From an uncultured delta proteobacterium (GTDB lineage: Bacteria; Myxococcota_A; Polyangia; Haliangiales; Haliangiaceae), in NCBI GenBank assembly GCA_963848295.1, contig CAWKDB010000010.1:2656001-2720000 (forward strand): DNA of 64,000 nucleotides, written 5' to 3'. The stretch's first letter is position 1, and every line of letters begins with the position of its first letter. A program made the position numbers and the translations under genes. The notes beneath the pieces are model-generated. The model did no database searches and was not told the DNA's origin. It saw only the letters and a list, made by a program, of their open reading frames with translations. Shown here piece after piece: positions 19,702 to 29,673 of the stretch.

Positions 19702-20748
19702 TCACTTGTCTCCCGCCGCGCGCATCGACAGTCCGACGCCGATCAGTGCTTCGGGCGCATGCGCCGACAAGTACGTGCGATCGAGCGTCGCATCGATCTC
19801 GATCCGCTTCCATGCATCCGCGACCTCGAGCGGCAACCGCGAGCGGCGTTCGATCGCGCGATGCAACGAGCTGACCTTCGCGCTGCCGCCGGCGAGCACG
19901 ATCCGCGTGACATTCGCGTCAGCGGTCGTCGCGAGGAAGAAGTCGAGCGAGCGCTGGAACTCGCCTGCCATGACCTCGGCGACGCCTTCCATCACGCGCA
20001 GCGTCTCTTGCGGGACCACACCGTGCTCGGTCTGGTTACCACCGACCTTGTACGCCTCGGCCTCGTCGGCGGCGATGCCCATCTGCTTCTGGATCTCTTC
20101 GGTGAACGCGTTGCCACCGATCGTGACGTCGCGCGTGAACAGCGAAACGCCGCCGCGCACGATGTTGATGTTCGTGATCGCGGCGCCGATGTTGATGAGC
20201 ACGACCGTCTCGCGCGCATCGAGTTGATAGTTCGCCTCGAAGCCATTCTGACTCGCGAACGCTGCGACGTCGACAACCTGCGGCGACAGCCCCGAGTCGC
20301 GCACGACCTGCACGTAGTCCGACACGACTTCTTTCTTCGCGGCGACGAGCAGCAGCTCGGTCTGCCCGCTCGCCGTCACGGGGTTCGTGACGTGATAGTC
20401 GATCTCGACGTCGTCGCGTCCGAACGGAATGTGGTGCTCCGCCTCGTTGCGAATATCTGCGGCGAGCTCCTCCGGCTTCATCATCGGCACCATGATCTTC
20501 TTGATGATCACGGAGTGACCGGCGATCGCGATCGCGACTTCCTTCTGGCGAATCTTCAGGCGGCTCCACAGCTGGCGAATCGCCTCGGCCACGGCGCCTT
20601 GATCCATGATCGTGCCGTCGACGATCGTCTGTGGAACGAGTGGCTGCATGCCGAACGCTTGCAGCGCCCAGCCCGTGGTCTTACGACGCAGCTGCACCGC
20701 TTTGATGCAGCTGGAGCCGATGTCGAGCCCGATGCACTGTTTCGCCAT
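19702..20748 (-). CDS. pilM: Type IVa pilus actin-like protein PilM
   Basis: IGLDIGSS, AEHHIPF, LINIGA and LAGGSAK motifs. Start ATG 20748. Confidence 0.95.
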   Translation of the reverse strand: MAKQCIGLDIGSSCIKAVQLRRKTTGWALQAFGMQPLVPQTIVDGTIMDQGAVAEAIRQLWSRLKIRQKEVAIAIAGHSVIIKKIMVPMMKPEELAADIRNEAEHHIPFGRDDVEIDYHVTNPVTASGQTELLLVAAKKEVVSDYVQVVRDSGLSPQVVDVAAFASQNGFEANYQLDARETVVLINIGAAITNINIVRGGVSLFTRDVTIGGNAFTEEIQKQMGIAADEAEAYKVGGNQTEHGVVPQETLRVMEGVAEVMAGEFQRSLDFFLATTADANVTRIVLAGGSAKVSSLHRAIERRSRLPLEVADAWKRIEIDATLDRTYLSAHAPEALIGVGLSMRAAGDK

Positions 20749-20862
20749 TAGACCTCTACAGCCCGAAATTCTGGCATGTCCGCGCGCGATCTCCAAAAAC
20801 GGGTACCAGGTCCGCTTCGATAAGCTCGCTGGCGGCCCCTCGGACTGAGGAGTCGGCCGCGC

Positions 20863-22206
20863 TCAGGAAATCCCGTACTCCTTCATCTTGTAGAGCAGCG
20901 CGCGGTGACTGATCTCGAGCAGCTTGGCCGCATTCGTACGGTTGCCGCCGGTCGCGCCGAGCGCGCGCCGGATCAAGTCGCGCTCGAGTGACCGAGTGGC
21001 CTTCTTGATGCTGAGCTCGGCTTCGCCGTTCACCGGCGTCGCCGCCTTGAGGTTCATCACGCTGCCGAGAAATTCGGCCGAGATCTCGGGACCATCGGCG
21101 AGTACGAGCGCCCGTTCGATCACATTCTCGAGCTCGCGAACGTTGCCCGGCCACGGCTGGTCGCGCAACGCGTCGACCGCGGCATCGGCGAGCCCGACCT
21201 CGCGGCTGTGGCGCACCGAATGGCGCTGCGCGAAGTACCGCGCGAGCTGCGGAATATCGCCGGCCCGCTCTCGCAACGCCGGCACGTGCACCGGCAGGAC
21301 GTTGAGCCGATAAAACAGATCGTCGCGAAACCGGCCCGCCGCGACATCCGCGGCCAAGTCGTGCAGCGTCGCCGCGATCAGCCGGACATCGACGTGAACC
21401 GACGCGGTGTCGCCAACGCGGCGAATCTCGGATTCTTGCAGGACGCGCAACAGCCTTGCTTGCAGGTAGAGCGGGATCTCGCCGACCTCGTCGAGGAACA
21501 GCGTGCCGCCGTTCGCCGCTTCGAACAGGCCGGTCTTGTCGCGCACCGCGTCGGTGAAGGCGCCGCGGACGTGGCCGAACATCTCCGACTCTAGCAACCC
21601 CGCCGGGATCGCCGCGCAGTTGATCGCGACGAAGCGCTGGTCGCGCCGCGGGGAGGCGAGGTGGATCGCGCGAGCGACGAGCTCCTTGCCGGTGCCGCTC
21701 TCGCCGAGTACGAGCACCGTCGTCTTCGCAGAGGCGATGCGTTCGATCGTGGCGCGCAGCTTCTGCATCGCCTCACCATCGCCGACGAGCGCGGGCGAGG
21801 TCAGCGGCTCGGCCGGTGGGCGCGACGAGCGCACCTCCGAGCTCAACCGGCGAAGCGCGAGCATCACCGCGAGCTCGTCGAGCGGCTCGCTGACGACGTC
21901 GGCGATCCCCGCCGCGAGCAGCGCCATCGTCTGCGGCAGCTCGCGCGAACGGACCACCGCGATCACCGGCGGTGCGCCTGGGGACTGCACGACCTCGACC
22001 GCCACGCCGTGCGCTGCGATCACGGCGTCGCACGGCTCGACCGCGAGGTGACGACGCGCGGCGTCGAGATCCGCACCCGCCGCGACCGACAACCCGCGGC
22101 GATCGAGCAACAGATGAAGCGATCGGCGCGCTTCGTCGTCCGCTCCTACCAGCAAGACTCGCTGGACGGCGCCCGATGTCGGCGAGCCGTTAGCGACGCT
22201 CGTCAT
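20863..22206 (-). CDS. Sigma54-dependent activator (PilR2-like position) with a degenerate receiver domain
   Basis: [48 protein letters not shown] and Fis-type HTH. N-terminal REC-like domain. Confidence 0.9.
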   Translation of the reverse strand: MTSVANGSPTSGAVQRVLLVGADDEARRSLHLLLDRRGLSVAAGADLDAARRHLAVEPCDAVIAAHGVAVEVVQSPGAPPVIAVVRSRELPQTMALLAAGIADVVSEPLDELAVMLALRRLSSEVRSSRPPAEPLTSPALVGDGEAMQKLRATIERIASAKTTVLVLGESGTGKELVARAIHLASPRRDQRFVAINCAAIPAGLLESEMFGHVRGAFTDAVRDKTGLFEAANGGTLFLDEVGEIPLYLQARLLRVLQESEIRRVGDTASVHVDVRLIAATLHDLAADVAAGRFRDDLFYRLNVLPVHVPALRERAGDIPQLARYFAQRHSVRHSREVGLADAAVDALRDQPWPGNVRELENVIERALVLADGPEISAEFLGSVMNLKAATPVNGEAELSIKKATRSLERDLIRRALGATGGNRTNAAKLLEISHRALLYKMKEYGIS

Positions 22207-22290
22207 CCCTGCGTCGAGGGTAGCATTGGATCGGGCCTCGAGCGTCGGCCAGAATCGAGGCCGGCGGCCCAGATCTGTTAGGTTCTCTTC

Positions 22291-23355
22291 GTGCCTCCTG
22301 CCGGCCGGCCATGGATCACCGCGAACCAGGTCACCCTGGCGCGCCTGATTCCGATGCCGCTCTTGAGCTGGCTGATCTACCGCGGCGGCGAGACCGGGTT
22401 CAAAGGCAACCCGTACATGTGGAGCGCGCTGACCGCGGGCATCTTGCTCGGCTCGACCGACTGGGTCGACGGCATGCTCGCCCGCAAGTGGGGACCGACC
22501 GTGCTCGGCGGTTTGCTCGACCCGATCGCGGACAAGGTGTTCGTCGCGTTCGCGTACATGCCGTTCGCGAGTCTCGGCCTCGTCCCCGCATGGGCGTGCG
22601 CGCTGATGTTCGTGCGCGAGTTCTTCATCACCGCGTTGCGCTCGGCGTACGCGCAACGGCAGCTGACCTTCAAGACCAGCTACATCGCCAAGGCCAAGAC
22701 CTGGGCGCAGATGCAGGGCATCGGCGTGATGCTGCTGTTTCCGCTCGTCGACAACTCGCACGTCATCGTGCCGCTGCTCGTGTTCGGCATCGTCGGTCCG
22801 ATCATCGCTCTCGCGTGGCTGTGGTTCGCAAAGCACAAGCTCTGGACCGCGACGCTGTGGATGAGCGCGTCGTTCGCCGCCCTGCTCGCGGTGTACGAAG
22901 CCGAGGGTGCGCTGTACGCGGTGCGCGCGATCATGATCGGGGTCGTCGCGATCACGTGGATCAGCGGCTTCGACTACATCTGGCTCGGTTGGCCGAAGCT
23001 GCGCGCGCACGGTGACTTCAACCGCGCCGACTTCGTGCGGATCGTCGGCTCGATCACCGTGCCGACCCTCGTGTTCGCGGTGCTGATCGAAACACCCGTC
23101 CACGTCTGGTCGCTGTTCACCGTGCTGTCCCTCGAGCTCGCCGTCGGCGGCCTCGATAATTTGCTATCCCATCACAAAGCGGCGACGCGTTCGCTAGCCT
23201 GGGGCAGCCGAGTCCTCAGCATCTCCGGCCTGCTCGGCCTCGCGCTCCTCGTCCCGCGGGGCGCCGAATACTTCTCGGCCGCGGCAGCCGCCGTCTCCAT
23301 TGTCGGCGTCTTCGCCGAGTTCTGGCGAGGTCGCGACTACTTCCTCGACAAGTGA
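22291..23355 (+). CDS. CDP-alcohol phosphatidyltransferase family membrane protein (PgsA-like, extended)
   Basis: ANQVTLAR; DWVDGMLARKWG..LGGLLDPIADK signature; many TM helices. Confidence 0.88.
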   Translation: MPPAGRPWITANQVTLARLIPMPLLSWLIYRGGETGFKGNPYMWSALTAGILLGSTDWVDGMLARKWGPTVLGGLLDPIADKVFVAFAYMPFASLGLVPAWACALMFVREFFITALRSAYAQRQLTFKTSYIAKAKTWAQMQGIGVMLLFPLVDNSHVIVPLLVFGIVGPIIALAWLWFAKHKLWTATLWMSASFAALLAVYEAEGALYAVRAIMIGVVAITWISGFDYIWLGWPKLRAHGDFNRADFVRIVGSITVPTLVFAVLIETPVHVWSLFTVLSLELAVGGLDNLLSHHKAATRSLAWGSRVLSISGLLGLALLVPRGAEYFSAAAAAVSIVGVFAEFWRGRDYFLDK

Positions 23356-23449
23356 CGCTGTCTCTTTTGTCAACTTAGCCGCGAAGCCGCTCGCGCACCT
23401 GGTTGAGTTCCTTCGACAAATTTGGGGACGCTGTCTCTTTTGTCAACCT
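23352..23449 (+). repeat. RAYT-flanking REP-like direct-repeat doublet (left)
   Basis: GTGACGCTGTCTCTTTTGTCAACTT (23352-23376) and GGGGACGCTGTCTCTTTTGTCAACCT (23424-23449). Confidence 0.92.
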
Positions 23450-24393
23450 GCGACTCGTAGTGCACTCACCTCGGCCCTCACTCGGTCCATCGCGACGGTC
23501 GCCGCCGCGGCAGCATAGGGGTCGAGCTGTTGCGCAGCGAGCCTCGATGCGGCTTGTCGAGCGATCCCGAGGGCAGCAGCGATTTCGGTCGCGGTCAGTC
23601 CCACGCGGATCCCAGTGTGAACCGCAACGCGACGGGCGACGCTAACCTCGCCCCGACGATTCCGCGAGGTCATCCGTTCGATCGGCAACCCGAGCGTCGT
23701 CGCAACGATCGCAACGACGAGGCGTGGATCCGGTCGAATGATCGAGAACGGTCTTGCCACCAATGGGGCGACGAGTGGGTTCAGCATCGGCGTCGCGACC
23801 TCGATCCCGCCGCGTCGATGGGCAGCGCGATGGATGGCGTCCATCATGTCGCTCCGGTCGTCCGCGATAGCGCCGCCGACAAACGAGTCGAACTCGTGCG
23901 CCTCAACGCCGGCGCGGATCAATCCCTCATCAATGGCGAGCCACTGCGGGCACCGGACGAGACCGATATACGCCCGATGACTCGTCCACGTGCTCTCCCG
24001 TGCGGTTTGCACGACACCAGCTCGCACCGGGTTGTTGTGAATATACGCGATGAGACGCCCGACCTTGTCGGAGGGCACGGACTCTGCCGATGCGCGCGTC
24101 GCGAAGATCGGACCCAGCCCGCCGCGCCTTCGGTTGATCTCGAGCGCAAAGGGCGCGTGTACGCGCTTGAGCAGCGACTCGAACGAAGACGCTCCAGACA
24201 GCAACGAGAGGTGGATGTGACTGCTCATGAGCGCGTAGGCGAGCAGCAGCCAGTCGCTCTTGGCCAGCGATGCCGCTAGCAAGCGCAAATACAGCGCTCG
24301 GTCCTGTTCGTCTTCGAGAAGCCATCGCTTGTCGACGAAACGAGAGATGACGTGGTGGATCGTGTGGGGGGAGATGACTCGAGCGATTCGCAT
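23443..24393 (-). CDS. REP-associated tyrosine transposase (RAYT, HUH-Y1) with a C-terminal DnaA-C/TrpR-like HTH
   Basis: HHVISR; AYALMSSHIHL (HUH); YIHNNPVRAG (catalytic Tyr); WTSHRAY; C-terminal SRNRRGEVSVARRVAV..LTATEIAAALG. Confidence 0.88.
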   Translation of the reverse strand: MRIARVISPHTIHHVISRFVDKRWLLEDEQDRALYLRLLAASLAKSDWLLLAYALMSSHIHLSLLSGASSFESLLKRVHAPFALEINRRRGGLGPIFATRASAESVPSDKVGRLIAYIHNNPVRAGVVQTARESTWTSHRAYIGLVRCPQWLAIDEGLIRAGVEAHEFDSFVGGAIADDRSDMMDAIHRAAHRRGGIEVATPMLNPLVAPLVARPFSIIRPDPRLVVAIVATTLGLPIERMTSRNRRGEVSVARRVAVHTGIRVGLTATEIAAALGIARQAASRLAAQQLDPYAAAAATVAMDRVRAEVSALRVAG

Positions 24394-24420
24394 GCCGCAG
24401 CTATCGGGCAGCGGGCGCGC

Positions 24421-24547
24421 AAGTTGCCCCCAAAAGCGTCCCCCAGGTTTGCAAGTTGTCAAAAGAGACAGCGTCCCTGGGTTTGTCTCAGCAATCAAAC
24501 TAGATAGGCCGGATAGCGCGCGACCTAAGTTGACAAAAGAGACAGCG

Positions 24548-24551
<4 letters not shown>
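24421..24551 (-). repeat. RAYT-flanking REP-like doublet (right) plus a degenerate third copy
   Basis: Minus-strand GTGACGCTGTCTCTTTTGTCAACTT (24527-24551), GGGACGCTGTCTCTTTTGACAACTT (24453-24477) and degenerate GGGGGACGCTTTTGGGGGCAACTT (24421-24444). Confidence 0.9.
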
Positions 24552-25429
<878 letters not shown>

Positions 25430-25513
25430 GCGCAGGCCGCCGTGATCCATCGATCCAAGCGCAGTCGGCACCACCTGTCAATGTGCGCAGCGGTGTGATA
25501 CCCGATCGATTCG

Positions 25514-26986
25514 ATGCGGCACGTGATCGCGATCGACCAGGGCACCACCGGTTCCACCGTGCTCGTCCTCGACGAGAAGCTCGAAGTTCGGGGGCGCGGC
25601 TACCAAGAGTTTCGTCAGATCTATCCCAAGCCGGGCTGGGTCGAGCACGACGCCGAGGACATCTGGGCGTCGGTGACCGCGGCACTCGCGCAGGCCCTCC
25701 TCGCCATCGATCCGGCCTCGATCGCGGCGATCGGCATCACGAACCAACGCGAGACGTCGGTGATCTGGAGCCGCAAGACAGGCAAGCCGGCTCACCATGC
25801 GATCGTCTGGCAAGACCGACGCACCGCAGATCGCTGCGCCGAGCTCAAGGCCGCCGGCAAAGAGGCACGCGTCCGCGAGCTGACCGGCTTGACGCTCGAT
25901 CCGTACTTCTCGGGCACGAAGGTCAACTGGATGCTGCGCGAGATCCCGGGCCTCGCGGATGCCGCGCGCGCGGGCGAGCTCGCGTTCGGCACGATCGATT
26001 CGTTCCTGCTGTGGCGACTGACCGGCGGCGCCGTCCACGCGACCGACGTCACGAACGCATCGCGCACGCTGCTGTTCGAGCTCGGCTCGCTCACGTGGTC
26101 CGACGAGCTGCTCGAGTTGATCGGCGTACCGCGCTCGCTACTGCCGAGAGTGGCGCCATCGTCCGGCACGTTCGGCACGACGCGCGGCGTGCCCGGGTTG
26201 CCCGACGGCATCGCGATCGCGGGCATCGCCGGCGATCAGCAGTCGGCGCTGTTCGGCCAGGCGTGCTTCGCGCCGGGCGACGCGAAGTGCACCTACGGCA
26301 CTGGCGCATTCATCTTGATGAACACCGGCGACAAGCCGGTCGCGTCGAAGTCCGGGCTCTTGACGACCGTCGCCTGGCAACTCGCGAGCGGCGAGCTACG
26401 CTACGCGCTCGAAGGCTCGGCGTTCATCGCCGGCGCCGCGGTGCAGTGGTTGCGCGATGGCCTCGGCCTGATCAAGAGCGCGTCCGAGGTCGAGGCGCTG
26501 GCGCGCAGCGTCGAAGATTCGGGCGGAGTGATCGTCGTCCCCGCTTTCGCCGGCCTAGGGGCACCGCATTGGCGGCCCGATGCGCGCGCCGCGATCACAG
26601 GCATCACGCGCGGCACGACGCGGGCCCACCTCGCTCGCGCGACGCTCGAGGGCATCGCGCTGCAAAATGTCGACATCTTGCGCGCGATGGAGCGCGACTC
26701 CGGCTACGAGCTGCGCATGCTCAAGGTCGACGGTGGCGCGGCGGCCAACGATCTGCTCATGCAGTTTCAATGCGACGTGCTCGGTGTGGAGATCGCTCGT
26801 CCGGCGCTGGTCGAGTCGACCGCACTCGGAGCCGCGTTCCTCGCCGGCCTCGGCACCGGCGTGTGGCGCGACCAAGCGGAGCTGTCGCGCACGTGGCGAG
26901 AGCAACGCCGGTTCGAGCCCGCCGCCGACCGCGCGTGGGTCGCCGAAACCCTCGCGCGCTGGAATGTCGCCGTCGCGAAGGCGTGA
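25514..26986 (+). CDS. glpK: Glycerol kinase
   Basis: IDQGTTGS, GITNQRET, WQDRRT, DPYFSGTK, GDQQSALFGQ and KCTYGTG motifs. Confidence 0.97.
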   Translation: MRHVIAIDQGTTGSTVLVLDEKLEVRGRGYQEFRQIYPKPGWVEHDAEDIWASVTAALAQALLAIDPASIAAIGITNQRETSVIWSRKTGKPAHHAIVWQDRRTADRCAELKAAGKEARVRELTGLTLDPYFSGTKVNWMLREIPGLADAARAGELAFGTIDSFLLWRLTGGAVHATDVTNASRTLLFELGSLTWSDELLELIGVPRSLLPRVAPSSGTFGTTRGVPGLPDGIAIAGIAGDQQSALFGQACFAPGDAKCTYGTGAFILMNTGDKPVASKSGLLTTVAWQLASGELRYALEGSAFIAGAAVQWLRDGLGLIKSASEVEALARSVEDSGGVIVVPAFAGLGAPHWRPDARAAITGITRGTTRAHLARATLEGIALQNVDILRAMERDSGYELRMLKVDGGAAANDLLMQFQCDVLGVEIARPALVESTALGAAFLAGLGTGVWRDQAELSRTWREQRRFEPAADRAWVAETLARWNVAVAKA

Positions 26987-26991
26987 GGGAG

Positions 26992-27444
26992 CTACTTTCC
27001 CCAGACGTCGACTTCGTTGCCTTCCGGATCGTGGAACTTCGCGAATCGGCCGTAGGGGCTGTTCTCCGTCGAGAACGGCGTCAGGTTCTTCGCGGCGCGT
27101 GCTGCGAGGAACGCATCGTAGTTACCGACATGAAACACGAGATACGCGGTCCCCGGCGCCGCTCCTGGATGCTCACCGCCGGCGCTGACGATCGCGATGT
27201 TGAACGAGGTGCCGTTCCACTCGAAGCCGCCGTAGGTACCGCCTGGCATCTCGCCCTTCATCGGCAGGCCGAACACGTCGTTGTACCAAGCCGACAGCGT
27301 CTTCGGATCGCTCGCCCGGATCGCGGTCCCGCCGACGTATTCGAGACCCGAGCTGGTTGGCACCGCAGGCGCGACCGACGGCGCGGGACGAGGAGCAGCG
27401 CAGCTCGCGAGAGCCACGACCGTGACGTCGAGGAAGTGGTTCAT
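26992..27444 (-). CDS. VOC/glyoxalase-family protein with a lipoprotein-like signal
   Basis: AWYNDVFGL, LVFHV and PYGRFAKFHDPEGNEVDVW; ALASC near the N-terminus. Confidence 0.82.
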   Translation of the reverse strand: MNHFLDVTVVALASCAAPRPAPSVAPAVPTSSGLEYVGGTAIRASDPKTLSAWYNDVFGLPMKGEMPGGTYGGFEWNGTSFNIAIVSAGGEHPGAAPGTAYLVFHVGNYDAFLAARAAKNLTPFSTENSPYGRFAKFHDPEGNEVDVWGK

Positions 27445-27761
27445 CAGCGAACGATACCGTCATTGCCGGTCGAGCTTTTCGGTCCCGGCGTCGCCGACCC
27501 AGCTCCCAGCGGTCACCGCGTACGTGCCGTCGAGATGATCCTCGACCCAGCCGCCATCGAGTCGAGGGTCGCGCCACGGTGAGCCGAGTCGCACCGCTGC
27601 GGCGCGGACCTCCAGCCAGCTTCGCGAACGGATCGAGCCTGACGGGAGCGGCTACGGGGATCGCGTCGCGTGCCTTCCTCACCTTGGTCGATTCCACCAA
27701 GTAATGGTGGTCGGAACCGCTGTTCCCTGATTTGGTGCCAATAACTTCAGATGGTTAGCCG

Positions 27762-27777
27762 TGGCATCGAGGTTGCT
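27762..27777 (+). promoter_or_regulatory. Sigma54 (-24/-12) promoter upstream of the ECF sigma gene
   Basis: TGGCAT-CGAGG-TTGCT matches TGGCAC-N5-TTGC spacing; 26 nt before the ATG; GGAGG RBS downstream. Confidence 0.7.
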
Positions 27778-27803
27778 GTAACAACCCTCGGAGGGACGAC
27801 CCT

Positions 27804-28454
27804 ATGGCTCTTCTTGCCCGCGCCGCCAAGCCTGTCACCGAGTGGACCGACCGCGACTTACTGCGTGTCGTGCTCCGGAGCGAAGCGCGCGGCTGGGCCG
27901 AGCTCGTGCGGCGATTCCGGCCGCTGATCTATCGCTGCATCACCAAGGTGACGCTGCGCTACTCGCCGAGCCTGTCGAGCGCCGACCTCGACGAGATCTA
28001 CGCCGACATCATGATGCAGCTCGTCCGCGACGACATGCACAAGCTCCGCATCTACAACCCGGCGCGTGGCACCAAGCTCGGCTCGTGGATCGGGATGATC
28101 TCGGTCAACTCCGCTTACGACTACCTGCGCAGCGCGCGTCGCCGTCCGCTGCTCGACAAGGTCGACGGCGCGATGGATCCGCACGAGGAGTGCGATCGCA
28201 CGCCGCTCGATCAGCTGATCGAGAAGGAGCGGTGGGAGCACCTCAACGGCCTGCTCAGCGAGTTCAGCGACAAGGACCGCACGTTCGTCGAGCTGTACTA
28301 CCAGCGCGGCATGGAAGCCGACGAGATCGCGGCCGAGATGCAGATCAGCTTGAAGACCGTCTACTCGAAGAAGCACAAGATCCGCGCGCACCTCGTGCGC
28401 TGCCTCGAGCGCGTCACCGGCGAGAGCGCGATCGCCGACCTCGCGGTCGCGTAG
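27804..28454 (+). CDS. ECF-type sigma-70 factor
   Basis: Region 2 (WAELVRRFRPLIY, LGSWIGMISVNSAYDYLR) and region 4 HTH (EIAAEMQISLKTVYSKKHK). Confidence 0.9.
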   Translation: MALLARAAKPVTEWTDRDLLRVVLRSEARGWAELVRRFRPLIYRCITKVTLRYSPSLSSADLDEIYADIMMQLVRDDMHKLRIYNPARGTKLGSWIGMISVNSAYDYLRSARRRPLLDKVDGAMDPHEECDRTPLDQLIEKERWEHLNGLLSEFSDKDRTFVELYYQRGMEADEIAAEMQISLKTVYSKKHKIRAHLVRCLERVTGESAIADLAVA

Positions 28455-29459
28455 CTATCGCGCCGCCGAGCAGTTGAACGGGCGCGGGTTGCCGGTGCTG
28501 TAGTAGTAGAGCGATCCGCCGGCGGCGTCGCGGCGATACGTCATGTCGAACAGCCGGCACGCCTCCGGGTTCGTCTCCTTCTTCGCCTTGACCACGATCA
28601 CCGCCTGGATCTCGTACTCGACGAGCACGCCGCGGTAGTTGCGGATCGGCTCCCACCTCGGCGAGGTGACGCGCGCGAGCTCGATCTCCTCGTTCGCCCA
28701 GTCCGGCACCTTCTTCATCGCCGCGACGATCTGCGGCGCGAGCCTCGCGTTCTCCGGATGCGGCGAGCGCGCGAGCTTGGGGCCGAACTTTGCGAGGTAC
28801 GCGGCCTTCGCGCCCGGCTTGACGTTCACGTCGATCGTGCTCTCCGCGAGGATCGGGTTATCCGTGGTCGAGAACCCGCAATCGAGATCGACCACGATGT
28901 GCAGCGTGTTCGTTCCCTCGTGGAGCTGCGGCACGACGAGTGAGTTGAACGTGCGCACCGCGGATTCGCCGGCGTCTTCTCGATCCGACGCGTCGAATTT
29001 GAACGCGGTCGTGAACGCGCGCGCGGGATCGTTCGACAGCGCGTTGCCATAGCGCAGCTTGGCGTCGTCCATGTCCATCGTGTAGCCACCGAACGGCGTC
29101 ATCTCGGTCGCCGGCCGCGTGCCGGTCGCGTTGACCTCGGCGCGCAGATTGAACCGCAGCTCGTTGCACGACGGCATCAAGTTGTGCGGCGAGTCCTTGC
29201 TCCAGAACCGCATGTAGAGCGGCCGACCGAGCGTGTACGACGTGTAGACCTTGCTACCGTCGGCGTCCTTGAGCCCGATCGGCGCCGATGAGAACACGAC
29301 GGTGCCGGCGTACTTCTCGGCGAGCGGGCCGGCATAAGGGCCGGGATCGACCTGGTTGCCGTTGTCCGACGGCGCGTGGCGCGCATCGGCGACGTGCGCG
29401 GTTACGCCGAGCGCGAGTAGCGCAGCGAAAGCAGAAAACGTGACCGTGCGAGTCGACAT
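28455..29459 (-). CDS. Secreted hypothetical protein
   Basis: Signal peptide ending AHVADA; high-GC3 codon usage. Confidence 0.75.
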   Translation of the reverse strand: MSTRTVTFSAFAALLALGVTAHVADARHAPSDNGNQVDPGPYAGPLAEKYAGTVVFSSAPIGLKDADGSKVYTSYTLGRPLYMRFWSKDSPHNLMPSCNELRFNLRAEVNATGTRPATEMTPFGGYTMDMDDAKLRYGNALSNDPARAFTTAFKFDASDREDAGESAVRTFNSLVVPQLHEGTNTLHIVVDLDCGFSTTDNPILAESTIDVNVKPGAKAAYLAKFGPKLARSPHPENARLAPQIVAAMKKVPDWANEEIELARVTSPRWEPIRNYRGVLVEYEIQAVIVVKAKKETNPEACRLFDMTYRRDAAGGSLYYYSTGNPRPFNCSAAR

Positions 29460-29673
29460 GAACGAACCCCCCTTGCTCCGGTGTGAAGCGCGGCCTTGGT
29501 AGCAGCCGCGATCGCCCGGCACAGCGAATACATTCCGACGAGCGGGCATAAATTCGGACGTCGCGGTGCGGCCGGTGCAAGCGAACGGGCCTCGGATCCG
29601 CGAGCAGCGACCCCGGTTCGACGTCCTTTTCTATTTGCACGGGATCGGCGCCGCGATCTCTAGAGTCCGCGCC

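Noticed and set aside
20795..20815. Possible sigma54 promoter upstream of pilM (minus strand TGGTACCCGTTTTTGG)
   Set aside because: The -12 element is GG rather than GC and is displaced by one base.
23352..23449. Repeat-spacer-repeat units read as mini CRISPR arrays
   Set aside because: Only two copies per locus, spacers of variable length that are partly homologous to each other, no cas genes, and direct association with a RAYT.
29535..29610. CGA(A/G)CGG-like words resembling the LytTR boxes
   Set aside because: Spacing is irregular (about 19-23 nt) and identity is poor; not convincing in high-GC DNA.
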